Source of the DNA: a virus
IMG/VR virus record: IMGVR_UViG_3300024518_001342
Location: 4,043 to 68,042 of that record
Direction: 5' to 3' (one strand)
Length of the DNA: 64,000 nucleotides
Made by a program: the position numbers and the translations under genes. Of the stretch, positions 55,088 to 64,000 are shown piece after piece (the first letter of the stretch is position 1; every line of letters begins with the position of its first letter). The notes under the pieces are model-generated. The model was not told where the DNA came from. It ran no database searches and saw nothing but the letters and a program-made list of their open reading frames with translations.

Positions 55088-57985
55088 TTAGTCCTCAAAT
55101 GAGGCTCCTGCGTTAGTAATCACAAAGTCAATTGCGATAAACTCGATTGCCCTTGCTGGTTTCAAGAAAATCTTCGCATACATGATATTTCTATCAATGA
55201 GATCCGGGGTTGTAGTGGTTGTATCTAATACTACCTTATACGCTTCCAGTCCCAATCGTTGCTTGATGCTTTCCAAAAATGGATTTGCTTGACCTGTAAA
55301 TCTTGCCCACGTTTGTGAAACATTTTGGTCAAACAATAACCTTGCAGCCATCTTAGAAATTTCTTTCTTGACGTGAATCATCAGGCGACGTACATTTACT
55401 CTATCCAAAGCGGACGGAGTTACTTGAAGCGTCTTCTGTCCAAAAATTACAATTCCTTCCGCTGGGAAAGTCGCAATAGGATTGATGTTTGCTTCATACA
55501 AAGTATCTCGGTCACTAGAGTTTAGACGCTCTGTCAGACCCACCACTGGAAGCCCAGCATCACCATCAGTCAGCCCACCTCTTGTGAAGCCCGCTGGTGC
55601 AAACCAAATTTCAGAGGTTTGCTGTGCGCTAGAATATGTTCCAATTGCCGCAATCGAAGGCGGAGCATAAAATAGTTGGGAAGATTGTTCATCTCTCAAC
55701 TGTACCCAAGGATAATAGGTTGCCCCATAACTTGAGTTTATTCCTCGCGCTTTTAGTGCCTTGATTGTCGCTGTGATTGAGCCACGATTTTGTGGAACAC
55801 CATTCGTGATTGTTGGTAGGTCACATTCCTCTGGAACATAACCGCCCTCTAACTCGAATACCGCCAAGCTATCAGCACGACCTTCGCAGGTGCTCAACAA
55901 GTGTGAAGTCAATCCAGGGCAATAATTGCCAGGGACAGCCATCAAGTTGGAGTCAACCAACTCTGGGTCTGCGGCTGAATCAATAGCCATTTTCACAGAG
56001 TTGTAAGCATAATTTGTTTCTGCATCTGCGTTATCAATACACACTTGCGAATTGAAAGGATTTGACTCCACAATATTTTCGCCATCAAACCCACCGAAGA
56101 ACGGTAGAGTGAAGCGATCAAAGCCTTCAGTCAAAACAGTTTGCCAGGACTTGTCGGGAAGTGTAGAAATTGCTGTTCCAGCCACATGACATCCTGGTTC
56201 CCACTTTGCGTTAGTCTCCGTTGCGTCAAGCCACTCTAGCTCATCCAAAGTAAATACGTTTGGAACAAAGTTGCCATCGTACAGCAAACTAGCTGTTTGA
56301 TATGTGGTTGTATCTCCATATGCGTCAATATCACTTGGGAAAGGGCGCACTACATCAATGTTCGATTCATCATAAGTATTATAAGAACCAGAGCGACCCG
56401 TGGTATATCCAAAGTAAGCGTCACCAGGACTTGCCGGTGAACCTTGCTTGCTTGTGGAACGGAATTGAATCTGCGGATAATGTATTGATCCAGTGAAGCC
56501 ATCTAAACCGTCCGTCCAAATTGCGCCACCGCCCAAACTTCCGAGTCTTTTAGAAATCGTAGGGCCGCCGACCGCATAAGCGTTTTGGCTAGTGATTGCA
56601 CCCTGTAAGGTGCCTGAGTTGAATGTCCACCGATCCCAAGTGGGTGGAGCATCAAAACCAAATGGAATCAATGCTTCGTTTATCATCGCGTTGGTCACAT
56701 TCTCAGCCATCTCCACATAGACATAACTTGAGTTATTGGTATAGGTTCCATATTCTCTGTAGCGAGAATTTGTAGAATCCCAAATCGTATATCTATCACC
56801 AATCTTCCGCGCAACATAGTTGGGCGAAGTGGGATTTAGATTACAAGGAGCAAACCGTTCCACAAATTGTGGCGCGTTATCGTTGTCGTCTGCTTTACGC
56901 ACCTCAACTGTAAATGTTCCATAAGGGTCGGCTAGTGATGTCGGCGCAGCAACATCAGAAATCGAAATTTTAAAGTTTTGACTTTCCCAAGCACCAGCGT
57001 TCAGGCTTTTTATCTTAAAGAGCCGCTGTACCTTGTTGGTATTCTGTGGTTCGAAAGAGGCGTTATCGCCCAAATATTGTGAAAGAATCCAACCAGTCTC
57101 GGCAGGATTTGCGCCTCTCAATTGAGTATTTTGGCTAGGGGCATCTGCGTCTAGGTTTGCCAAGCGGACAATCATCGCGCATTGGGAAATTCCATCACCC
57201 ATTGGGTTGAGTCTAGAAACCATCCCATCGTATGTCTCGCCCAAGAAATATGTGGCTTCACTTCCCTTGACAGCAGAAATTCTAGAATTTGTAGTCGTAG
57301 GATTTGTGTTGAAGACATTTCGAATATATTTCTGCGAGTTAGGATCAAAGTTAAAGTTGATAGTATCAAGAACACCATCGGCTCCTGCACTATCTACAAT
57401 TTGGGCTTGGAGTTCAAAGCTTGTTCCACGGGTTCTAATAAGACCGCATGTTCCGCTTGTATTTGTCCCGCCGATGCCGTCGCCGCGAAGAATAACAGTA
57501 GAGCCAGTACAATAAAAAACAGCCGCCAGGGTTCCGGTTGTAGGGGAGGCGGAAGATGTCTCAAAAAGAAACAATCCATAATTACCACCGGCAGTTATAT
57601 CGGTGGAATCGTCACCGATTTTCCATCCAGCCGCGCCTAGTGCTTGAGTTGCGCCAGCACCAGCATTTTCTTCACCCAATAAGCGAACAAAAGTCAAAGG
57701 AGAGCTACTTCGCAAATAGGCTTGAGCCGCATACACACCATATGAAGGAGCCATCTGATTTCCGTTTCTCCAAATATCATTGGTATCTTTTCCGGGCCAA
57801 GGCATCCCGAAGGTGCTTACAAAGTCAGAAAAAGAATTGACCAGGACGGGTCGCATCGCTGGACCTCGTTGTGCGCGTCCGATGATAACTGGACCGCTTC
57901 CTACACCTTCATTTGGGAGTTGAGAATTATCTATCTCTGCTACTTGAACTCCTGGTGATACGAATTTAAATTTATTGATGGGCAT
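55088..57985 (-). CDS. Tail sheath protein (gp18-like)
   Basis: FVSPGVQVAEID, YYPWV, WFAPAGFTRG, INPIATF, GQKTLQ, RVNVRRL and PARAIEFI. Confidence 0.95.
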   Translation of the reverse strand: MPINKFKFVSPGVQVAEIDNSQLPNEGVGSGPVIIGRAQRGPAMRPVLVNSFSDFVSTFGMPWPGKDTNDIWRNGNQMAPSYGVYAAQAYLRSSSPLTFVRLLGEENAGAGATQALGAAGWKIGDDSTDITAGGNYGLFLFETSSASPTTGTLAAVFYCTGSTVILRGDGIGGTNTSGTCGLIRTRGTSFELQAQIVDSAGADGVLDTINFNFDPNSQKYIRNVFNTNPTTTNSRISAVKGSEATYFLGETYDGMVSRLNPMGDGISQCAMIVRLANLDADAPSQNTQLRGANPAETGWILSQYLGDNASFEPQNTNKVQRLFKIKSLNAGAWESQNFKISISDVAAPTSLADPYGTFTVEVRKADDNDNAPQFVERFAPCNLNPTSPNYVARKIGDRYTIWDSTNSRYREYGTYTNNSSYVYVEMAENVTNAMINEALIPFGFDAPPTWDRWTFNSGTLQGAITSQNAYAVGGPTISKRLGSLGGGAIWTDGLDGFTGSIHYPQIQFRSTSKQGSPASPGDAYFGYTTGRSGSYNTYDESNIDVVRPFPSDIDAYGDTTTYQTASLLYDGNFVPNVFTLDELEWLDATETNAKWEPGCHVAGTAISTLPDKSWQTVLTEGFDRFTLPFFGGFDGENIVESNPFNSQVCIDNADAETNYAYNSVKMAIDSAADPELVDSNLMAVPGNYCPGLTSHLLSTCEGRADSLAVFELEGGYVPEECDLPTITNGVPQNRGSITATIKALKARGINSSYGATYYPWVQLRDEQSSQLFYAPPSIAAIGTYSSAQQTSEIWFAPAGFTRGGLTDGDAGLPVVGLTERLNSSDRDTLYEANINPIATFPAEGIVIFGQKTLQVTPSALDRVNVRRLMIHVKKEISKMAARLLFDQNVSQTWARFTGQANPFLESIKQRLGLEAYKVVLDTTTTTPDLIDRNIMYAKIFLKPARAIEFIAIDFVITNAGASFED

Positions 57986-58029
57986 TTATGGTTTTCTCCT
58001 TGTATGAATAAATACTTTTTAATCTCTAA

Positions 58030-58037
58030 TAAATAGT
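58030..58037 (-). promoter_or_regulatory. ACTATTTA putative late-promoter motif
   Basis: Intergenic, upstream of the sheath gene. Confidence 0.65.
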
Positions 58038-58066
58038 AAGTAGGGCAACGAATCGCACAGGAAATG

Positions 58067-58930
58067 TTATTGTCTATACTTTCCATTGAGCCACGGTGGG
58101 ACATCACCGAAAATAACTCTCTCTCTTGGGGTCTGAAGATCTACGGCATTTTCGCGAATGGCGATCTTGGGTGTTTCTTGATTTTTTCCCGAACCAATAA
58201 TATATCCTAAAGTTTTTATATTGACTGCCGAAATATATTGTCGTCGATCTTCGGCAAGATTTGAAACATTGTTCTGTGTTCCAAAGTCTGCATCAATAAA
58301 GCACTCATAATTATAGCCATCTTTTTTAGCAATAAAATAATTTATTCCACCTGGATTTGAGGCAAATGGTTCCAGTATCTCATTCATTTGTTGTTGATAC
58401 TCTGCTTGGATTGTTACCGTATACATCATTGTGAGATAAACTGGCATAGGAATAGTCAACGTCTCATAGACAACCTTTTTATTCTTAGCATCACTAGGAA
58501 AATTTTGCTGTCCACCAGTTGGCTTCACCACTCCATTGACACCAAACTGCTTTGCTGAAGATGCGTTGAGAAAGTTTTGTGTTTTGTCGCCTTTAATGCG
58601 ACGGGCAATTGTAATGGAGCCGCCTTTAGGATTTCCGATGGGATCAATGTTCCCATAGTAGACCCCCTTAAAACCAGGGTCTTTAGCCACTGATTTTCTT
58701 TCAATGGTTATAAGTGGAAACGAAACCAAACCAGATTTTGTTCTTATTCTCTCTGATCGCTGTCCCGATCTTTCACCGAGAACCCAAATCACAGGAACTT
58801 TTTTCCAACCCTCATTAGTCGTACAGTGAACATCCATCACTTCGTTGAGCCATTCAAAAAGAGCAAAATCTATTGTCTCCAATGATGAAGGCTTGAAGGG
58901 GAGTTCTGGTTTTATGTCATAGGTATCCAT
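58067..58930 (-). CDS. Tail terminator/sheath stabiliser (gp15-like)
   Basis: KVPVIW..GER, PLITI and P.PV...Y.V; synteny. Confidence 0.7.
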   Translation of the reverse strand: MDTYDIKPELPFKPSSLETIDFALFEWLNEVMDVHCTTNEGWKKVPVIWVLGERSGQRSERIRTKSGLVSFPLITIERKSVAKDPGFKGVYYGNIDPIGNPKGGSITIARRIKGDKTQNFLNASSAKQFGVNGVVKPTGGQQNFPSDAKNKKVVYETLTIPMPVYLTMMYTVTIQAEYQQQMNEILEPFASNPGGINYFIAKKDGYNYECFIDADFGTQNNVSNLAEDRRQYISAVNIKTLGYIIGSGKNQETPKIAIRENAVDLQTPRERVIFGDVPPWLNGKYRQ

Positions 58931-58932
58931 TT

Positions 58933-59427
58933 TTATTTTGCGTTAAACACTCCTGATCTTGCTTGGATGCACATGGCTGAAATCTCAACCTTATAAGGTA
59001 TTTGTCCAAAAAGGGCGCGTGGTTGACCAAGTGTTACTATTTCATATAGAATTCCACCATATAATACAAAATCCCCCTCTTGCACATAAAGATTTTGATC
59101 CTCGGTCAATCTTCTTTTGTGAAAATGAATTTGAATAGTAGACTGTCGATCAACGCCATAGTCCACTGAAGTTGTTTCTGATCCATTCCAATCAATAAGT
59201 GCCATTACTCGAATTGGGGGCAAGAAAGTTTTTTCTATAGCTTCATTATAAAGAGGATGAAAATTTGTGTACTCCATGCTAATGGGATAATACACGATAG
59301 TTTGACCAATGACCCGTTCAATGAGTTCATCATTGACTTGTTTGACTAAATCTCTTTCTGGTCGCCCAAGGAACAGCGGTGGTGGTGGTGCATCCGGCCG
59401 TGACCATTTATCTTTTTCATCAGCCAT
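58933..59427 (-). CDS. Head closure/neck protein (gp14-like)
   Basis: ELIE..IGQTIVYY..LYNEA..K.F...EGDFV; synteny. Confidence 0.7.
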   Translation of the reverse strand: MADEKDKWSRPDAPPPPLFLGRPERDLVKQVNDELIERVIGQTIVYYPISMEYTNFHPLYNEAIEKTFLPPIRVMALIDWNGSETTSVDYGVDRQSTIQIHFHKRRLTEDQNLYVQEGDFVLYGGILYEIVTLGQPRALFGQIPYKVEISAMCIQARSGVFNAK

Positions 59428-59431
59428 TTAT

Positions 59432-60712
59432 TTACCCTGTATAAATCCCCATTGGGACATGAGTCATTACTGCTTCTGCGTCCGCTGCCATTTCAGCATC
59501 ACCCTTAATGAGCGCACCATAAGTTAGTTTCTCTAATTGAGCCTTTAGTTCTTCTTTGAGTGCTTGTTGTTCTTCTTTCGCTTGGGACAAAAGCTCCGAA
59601 GCATTTAAGGTTATATCGTTGCCTGGAATTGGAATGGTTGCAAACTTGCCTCTTATTTGACCAAGCATTTCTTTCGCTATAGCAAGGGCATATTTTCTAA
59701 TCCATTGTTTACCTATGCTATTGATACTGTTATAGGGCAAGTTGGAAAACGGAAGGGTGTTCATATTGTTGATACCGTCCACACCAACTTTAGCGTTGGG
59801 ATCTTCCGTCCATGTGTCTTGCGGGATGCTAAAGTTAAACCACATTCTGCGAGGAGTGGAGCCACAATTGGGTTTGCCGGGTGGTGGGTATATTTTTAAA
59901 TAATTGTCTCGTAGCTCATAAGAATAATGACTTGCGCGTGTATAAAGATTTGTTTCAAATTCTTGTGCTTGTAATTTGTTCTGCCATGCGGGAACAATCT
60001 CGAAAGTGGAGTCGTCGGCATACATTCCATAAGAACTTAAATTTCCATAAACTCCGCCGCCAATATTCATGTATCCAAAGAATCGCCACATCGCAGCGGG
60101 GGATTTATAATAAACTCGTTCGATTCTTACTTTCTTATTTTGAACCAGATTATTCCAGACATTTCCAGCTTGTGAGTCTGCAACAATTTGCTGAAGGTTA
60201 TAGTCCTGGACTCCTCCCGTCACTGCAAAAGATGCCGAATACATACGAACATTATCGCCAAACCCTGCGGCTTGGGCTAGACCATTACCAATGCGTTCTG
60301 CATAAGTAAAGTCTAATTTAGGGAACTTTAAGGCAACAGACGTTCCATCAAGACTTTCAGAAAGTGGACCTGCTTTCAACTCACCATCTTGATCAAAAGT
60401 TCCAGTAGTTGCACCAAGAAAATCAGATAAAACATTCTCAGCTTGATGTGAATTGATGATTGAAGAATATTCTAAAACAGCTAATTCATAAGAGGTATAA
60501 ACATTTCCCGGCATCAATTCAATGTCTAATACATCTCCACCTAACATTTTATATGTAAAGGCAACTTGATCCACTGCACCGGAAATAAAATCAGGGGTGT
60601 CCAGATAAACACCATAAGGCAAATTGTCGGTTGTAACATCCGTCGCATTACCCGTACTGGGCAATATAACCTTGCTCATTTGACTTTTAGGGGTTAGTAT
60701 TGGAAGGGCCAT
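59432..60712 (-). CDS. Neck/head-tail adaptor protein (gp13-like)
   Basis: LGGDVLDIEL, WIRKYALAIAKEMLGQIRGKF and ITLNASELL. Confidence 0.8.
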   Translation of the reverse strand: MALPILTPKSQMSKVILPSTGNATDVTTDNLPYGVYLDTPDFISGAVDQVAFTYKMLGGDVLDIELMPGNVYTSYELAVLEYSSIINSHQAENVLSDFLGATTGTFDQDGELKAGPLSESLDGTSVALKFPKLDFTYAERIGNGLAQAAGFGDNVRMYSASFAVTGGVQDYNLQQIVADSQAGNVWNNLVQNKKVRIERVYYKSPAAMWRFFGYMNIGGGVYGNLSSYGMYADDSTFEIVPAWQNKLQAQEFETNLYTRASHYSYELRDNYLKIYPPPGKPNCGSTPRRMWFNFSIPQDTWTEDPNAKVGVDGINNMNTLPFSNLPYNSINSIGKQWIRKYALAIAKEMLGQIRGKFATIPIPGNDITLNASELLSQAKEEQQALKEELKAQLEKLTYGALIKGDAEMAADAEAVMTHVPMGIYTG

Positions 60713-60734
60713 AAACTATATATCTCCTGTATGG

Positions 60735-60742
60735 TAAATAGT
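60735..60742 (-). promoter_or_regulatory. ACTATTTA putative late-promoter motif
   Basis: Intergenic, upstream of the neck gene and just after the capsid terminator. Confidence 0.65.
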
Positions 60743-60760
60743 AATTTGTTAATAGAAAAC

Positions 60761-60805
60761 AAAAAGAAATGCTCCCGCCTCTCAAAAAGAAAGGGGGAGC
60801 ATTTC
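60761..60805 (-). terminator. Rho-independent terminator after the major capsid gene
   Basis: GAAATGCTCCC...GGGAGCATTTC inverted repeat followed by TTTTT on the minus strand. Confidence 0.75.
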
Positions 60806-60837
60806 AAACTTTGAGATAATCTCCTAACTAATAAATA

Positions 60838-62583
60838 TTAGCCGAAGAGATCTTCTACAACAACAAGACCATACATATCAGGTCTGACCATGTGCTTGCC
60901 ATATCGAGTCATTACACCCTTTCGTGGCGTAAAGTTCTCGGGGTCAAAGATGGTCGGAGTTGTTTGCAGTGGCACATAAGGCGCGTAAACATATCCAGAT
61001 TCAAGGAATCCGCTTCCTTTGCGACCAACTAGCAAGAGATTGCGTGGGAAGTATGGATCAACATACACATCCCATTTCTTGCTAATCGAGCCCGTCTTCA
61101 CGGCACCAGCAGTTCCGCGATTTTCATCTGCGGTTGTGTCAGCACGGAAGCCGTTGGTAAATTCAAGAATGTTCGCAACTTCAGGAGAAGTAACAATAAA
61201 GTTAGCTCCACCGCGAAGCGTCTTACGATGAATCTGTGCTGAAACGTCATTGACAGTCTCAAGCAAAGTCTCATACCATTCTGAAACAGTACCCGTGAAT
61301 GCTCCACCGGCTGCAACTGCACCCGTGTCGCGATTTACAAAGCGTCCGGGGCGTCGTGACCAATAGAAGGTAGAAGCAGTCGCGCCTTTGATAAGGTCTT
61401 CAAGGATTTCTTGATCAATTTCAAGAGCAATCGCTTCAGACAAAATCGAGGTAAGCTCAACTTCAGCATCCAAATTATGATAAGCATTGATGTCCTGCTG
61501 TAGTTCTGGTGTCCATTTAGCACGAAGCTTTTTAGTCATCGCGGTGATAGAAACACTATCAACCTTGATGTCGATTTCAGCAATCGCAGAACCAGAGTTA
61601 TCATCAGCACAAGGGTTATTGTTCCCTAGACCTTCCAAATCCCATTCAGGAGCACCAACAATGGCACCAGGAACGCCAGCGACTTGTTGGAAGTTATCAT
61701 TAATGACAAAGGATGTACTATTAATAGTCTTTAAAGCCGCGTCCGCAAGCGGACCAGTGGAGCCAGAGCAGACAACCAAAAGGTTGACTGGTGGAGCGCC
61801 CGCTGGATCTGCAAAATCTGGTGAAGTTAATCGACGAATTTGCAGATTACCACCATCAGTATTAAGAGGAGTTCCCCCGGCAGTCAAAACAATGGAAACA
61901 TCATCTTGAACGTTAAATTGTGCGGCGGTCAAGGTTGCAAAGCTGATAAGTCCAACCGCAAGAGAAGATCCAGAAAGGTCTGGGTCAAATCGTATCAGTC
62001 GATCTCCATCGTCAGAACGATCTCCATCAGTACCAGCAGTCCAGCCTCCCGCTTGATCGCGTCTCGCCACTGTAGAAACAGTAATAGCAACCGAACCAGT
62101 CGTTGCACCATAACCATTGTTAAGGTTATAGAAACTGTCTTCGCCGGATTCCGAGACACCACTGAGGTTTACACCATTGATAAGCTCGGCACCAACGACA
62201 CCACCACCATAGATAGAGTCACAAGCTTCATAGCCGAGTTTAGTATTTGCAGTTGTAAAGTCGAGGAAGAAAATAAGACCACTCGGCAAGCTCATAGGCT
62301 GAACCGAGACAAGCTCATTCGCTACCAATCCGCCGAATACACGACGAACGATTGGAAATGCAACTGCTGCAAATCCTTCAACATCACCACCAGCCATTGT
62401 GGAAGCTTCACGAAGAAGTTCCTTGGCTTGATTTTCTAGAAGACATGCCATACTATTTCTATTATGGTCGCCCTCAATTCCTTCTAAAAGTCCAGTGTTC
62501 TCCCATTTTGATAAGAGAGCATTGGCTTCACGCGAAAGATCACGATTAATGATTCCTTCGGTTAGTTTTTCAATAATACTCAT
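60838..62583 (-). CDS. Major capsid protein (T4 gp23-like)
   Basis: LLENQ, PIVRR, VSVQPM..PSGLIF, KLRAKWTPEL.QD..A.H.LDAE.EL and YAPYVPL...TRYG. Confidence 0.95.
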   Translation of the reverse strand: MSIIEKLTEGIINRDLSREANALLSKWENTGLLEGIEGDHNRNSMACLLENQAKELLREASTMAGGDVEGFAAVAFPIVRRVFGGLVANELVSVQPMSLPSGLIFFLDFTTANTKLGYEACDSIYGGGVVGAELINGVNLSGVSESGEDSFYNLNNGYGATTGSVAITVSTVARRDQAGGWTAGTDGDRSDDGDRLIRFDPDLSGSSLAVGLISFATLTAAQFNVQDDVSIVLTAGGTPLNTDGGNLQIRRLTSPDFADPAGAPPVNLLVVCSGSTGPLADAALKTINSTSFVINDNFQQVAGVPGAIVGAPEWDLEGLGNNNPCADDNSGSAIAEIDIKVDSVSITAMTKKLRAKWTPELQQDINAYHNLDAEVELTSILSEAIALEIDQEILEDLIKGATASTFYWSRRPGRFVNRDTGAVAAGGAFTGTVSEWYETLLETVNDVSAQIHRKTLRGGANFIVTSPEVANILEFTNGFRADTTADENRGTAGAVKTGSISKKWDVYVDPYFPRNLLLVGRKGSGFLESGYVYAPYVPLQTTPTIFDPENFTPRKGVMTRYGKHMVRPDMYGLVVVEDLFG

Positions 62584-62598
62584 TATTTTTTTTTCTCC

Positions 62599-63825
62599 TT
62601 AAATAATGCCCGCAAGTCGTTTCAGTCTATCGACTTGATTTTGACCAGCGGGTAGTTTTTCTTTATTTGATTTCAATATAAGCGGATTGTTTTTATTCAC
62701 TGCTTCGTTCAATGTCTTCGGAGCAGTTTTGCTCTTGGACGAAAGATTTTCATTCAATGTATCATAAACAATCTTGGCTTCTTCTACTGAACCAACTTTT
62801 GAAATTGCTTCGACAAGTTTTTCTTTTTGTCGCTCATTCAAGGAGTCGCTTTTCAGGATGCGATTCGTGTAGATTAATTTTGCGTTAGAAAAATTAACTT
62901 CTTCTAACTTCTTTGTTGCCTTTAGTGCAATACTCTTAAGATTATCAAAATCTTTTTTCTGCTTATTCAATTTAAGCTTCTGAGATTTATTTTGCTCTTG
63001 CAACTTCTTTAATGCTTGGCGCAATTGTTCTTGCTCCTCTGCAAATTCTGTGTCTTGTTCTTGCGCTAAAGCAATATCAAGACCTCGTTCGTTTTGTCCC
63101 ATAGTTGGGTGTGTATGAAAGATATCCCCGGAAGGAACATTCTTCATATCGACTACTAATGCCTCGACGATTTCATCAAGTAGTTCTTCGTCAAGTTCTT
63201 CGTTCTCATCAATTTCTTGTTCTCCTGAATCCTCAAAAATTTCAGGGGCGATTTTTTCAGCACCCTCGTTTTTGGGTTTGTCTTTCTTTTCTTCTTCTTT
63301 AGATTTTTTAATAGCTTTATCACGCGAGCCTTTCCATTCGGCTTTTTTCGATTCTACCTCACCATCGCCATCAAAATCTTTTTCAGCTTCTTCGTCATCT
63401 TCTTCCTCGTTCAGTGCTTGGGCAATTACCTCAAGAAGATTGTCGTCGTTTACCTCAAAGAGTTCTTCTTCATCGGCAGCAACATCGCCACCAAGATCCA
63501 TTTCTTCTTCGCTCTCTGCTGCTTGTGCCGCAGCAACAATCTGATCTAGATCAAGAACCATTGGCTCTTCTTCTTCGGGGCACGGACACATGTTCTCGCC
63601 ATCAGTGGCAGCAATCGGCATTTGATCGGCTATGCCGGGTTCAGCATCAAGACCTTCCTCGTCTTCCATACCAAACATATCTTCCTCTTGTTCTAAAAGG
63701 GATGTGACGGCTTCTTTGATTTCGCCTGAATACTTTTCGAGAACTTCTTGTTCTGCGTTTTTCATCGCCGCTTCTCGAAGTGCTTCGGCGTCAATGACGG
63801 CTTGGTCTAACATAGTTGATGACAT
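62599..63825 (-). CDS. Prohead core scaffolding protein (gp22-like)
   Basis: Acidic coiled-coil directly upstream of the capsid gene; many LxE sites; NAKLIY.N and terminal RLKRLAGII. Confidence 0.8.
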   Translation of the reverse strand: MSSTMLDQAVIDAEALREAAMKNAEQEVLEKYSGEIKEAVTSLLEQEEDMFGMEDEEGLDAEPGIADQMPIAATDGENMCPCPEEEEPMVLDLDQIVAAAQAAESEEEMDLGGDVAADEEELFEVNDDNLLEVIAQALNEEEDDEEAEKDFDGDGEVESKKAEWKGSRDKAIKKSKEEEKKDKPKNEGAEKIAPEIFEDSGEQEIDENEELDEELLDEIVEALVVDMKNVPSGDIFHTHPTMGQNERGLDIALAQEQDTEFAEEQEQLRQALKKLQEQNKSQKLKLNKQKKDFDNLKSIALKATKKLEEVNFSNAKLIYTNRILKSDSLNERQKEKLVEAISKVGSVEEAKIVYDTLNENLSSKSKTAPKTLNEAVNKNNPLILKSNKEKLPAGQNQVDRLKRLAGII

Positions 63826-63858
63826 TTATTTCTCCTAAAAAATTACAGTGGTCTTCAA

Positions 63859-63866
63859 TAAATAGT
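63859..63866 (-). promoter_or_regulatory. ACTATTTA putative late-promoter motif
   Basis: Intergenic, upstream of the scaffold-capsid operon. Confidence 0.65.
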
Positions 63867-64000
63867 CCGCACCTTTAGTAAAATGCTATAAATTACTTGG
63901 TTTGGATTATTCTACTATAGTGCGACCACCTTTGTCGTGCATTAATAATACTGGATAACCTTTCTCTCTATAACTTTGGATTTCTTTTTTGGTTTCTTCG

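Noticed and set aside
1982-63838. Many other short plus-strand and nested ORFs in the track
   Set aside because: They lie opposite or inside well-supported minus-strand genes and have no recognisable motifs; only 28734-29870 is supported on the plus strand.
1-64000. Alternative genetic code (stop-codon reassignment)
   Set aside because: Conserved genes translate at full length in the standard code, and TAA, TAG and TGA all terminate genes at expected positions.
63907-64000. Partial minus-strand ORF end at the right edge
   Set aside because: Only about 30 codons are visible, too little to assign; the prohead protease expected near the scaffold gene cannot be confirmed from this window.

Overview
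This window is part of a large tailed dsDNA phage genome with a T4-like contractile-tail virion, and almost every gene is on the minus strand. From right to left it contains: (1) a head/neck/tail/baseplate module (scaffold, gp23-like capsid, gp13/14/15-like neck proteins, sheath, tube, assembly chaperones, tape measure, hub); (2) a replication module (PolA-family polymerase domain, tubulin/FtsZ-like protein, gp32-like SSB, RecA/UvsX, 5'-3' exonuclease, DnaB/gp41-like helicase, class II RNR, DnaE, dUTPase); (3) DNA modification and nuclease genes (Dam-like MTase, Mom-like GNAT, a permuted N6A MTase beside a putative restriction endonuclease, a split DUF262-HNH gene); and (4) host-like proteostasis and Fe-S genes (GroEL, GroES, Hsp20, ClpP, IscU, IscA) plus a myxobacteria-style Cys-rich/VWA lipoprotein. 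The most striking feature is an array at 2.7-11.3 kb where 13 otherwise unrelated genes all begin with the same ~14-aa leader, MK(L/I)L(F/M/I)E(N/S/Q/G)WR(K/N/G/E)(Y/F)LxE. The leader ends in a T4 gp21-type L/I-x-E protease site and is attached to predicted ADP-ribosyltransferase-like, GNAT-like, metallopeptidase and membrane domains. I interpret this as a candidate modular arsenal of capsid-packaged, injected effectors. An ACTATTTA motif lies upstream of late genes, and sigma70-type promoters, several apparently leaderless, precede early genes. All functional calls come from motif recognition by eye; no database searches were run.
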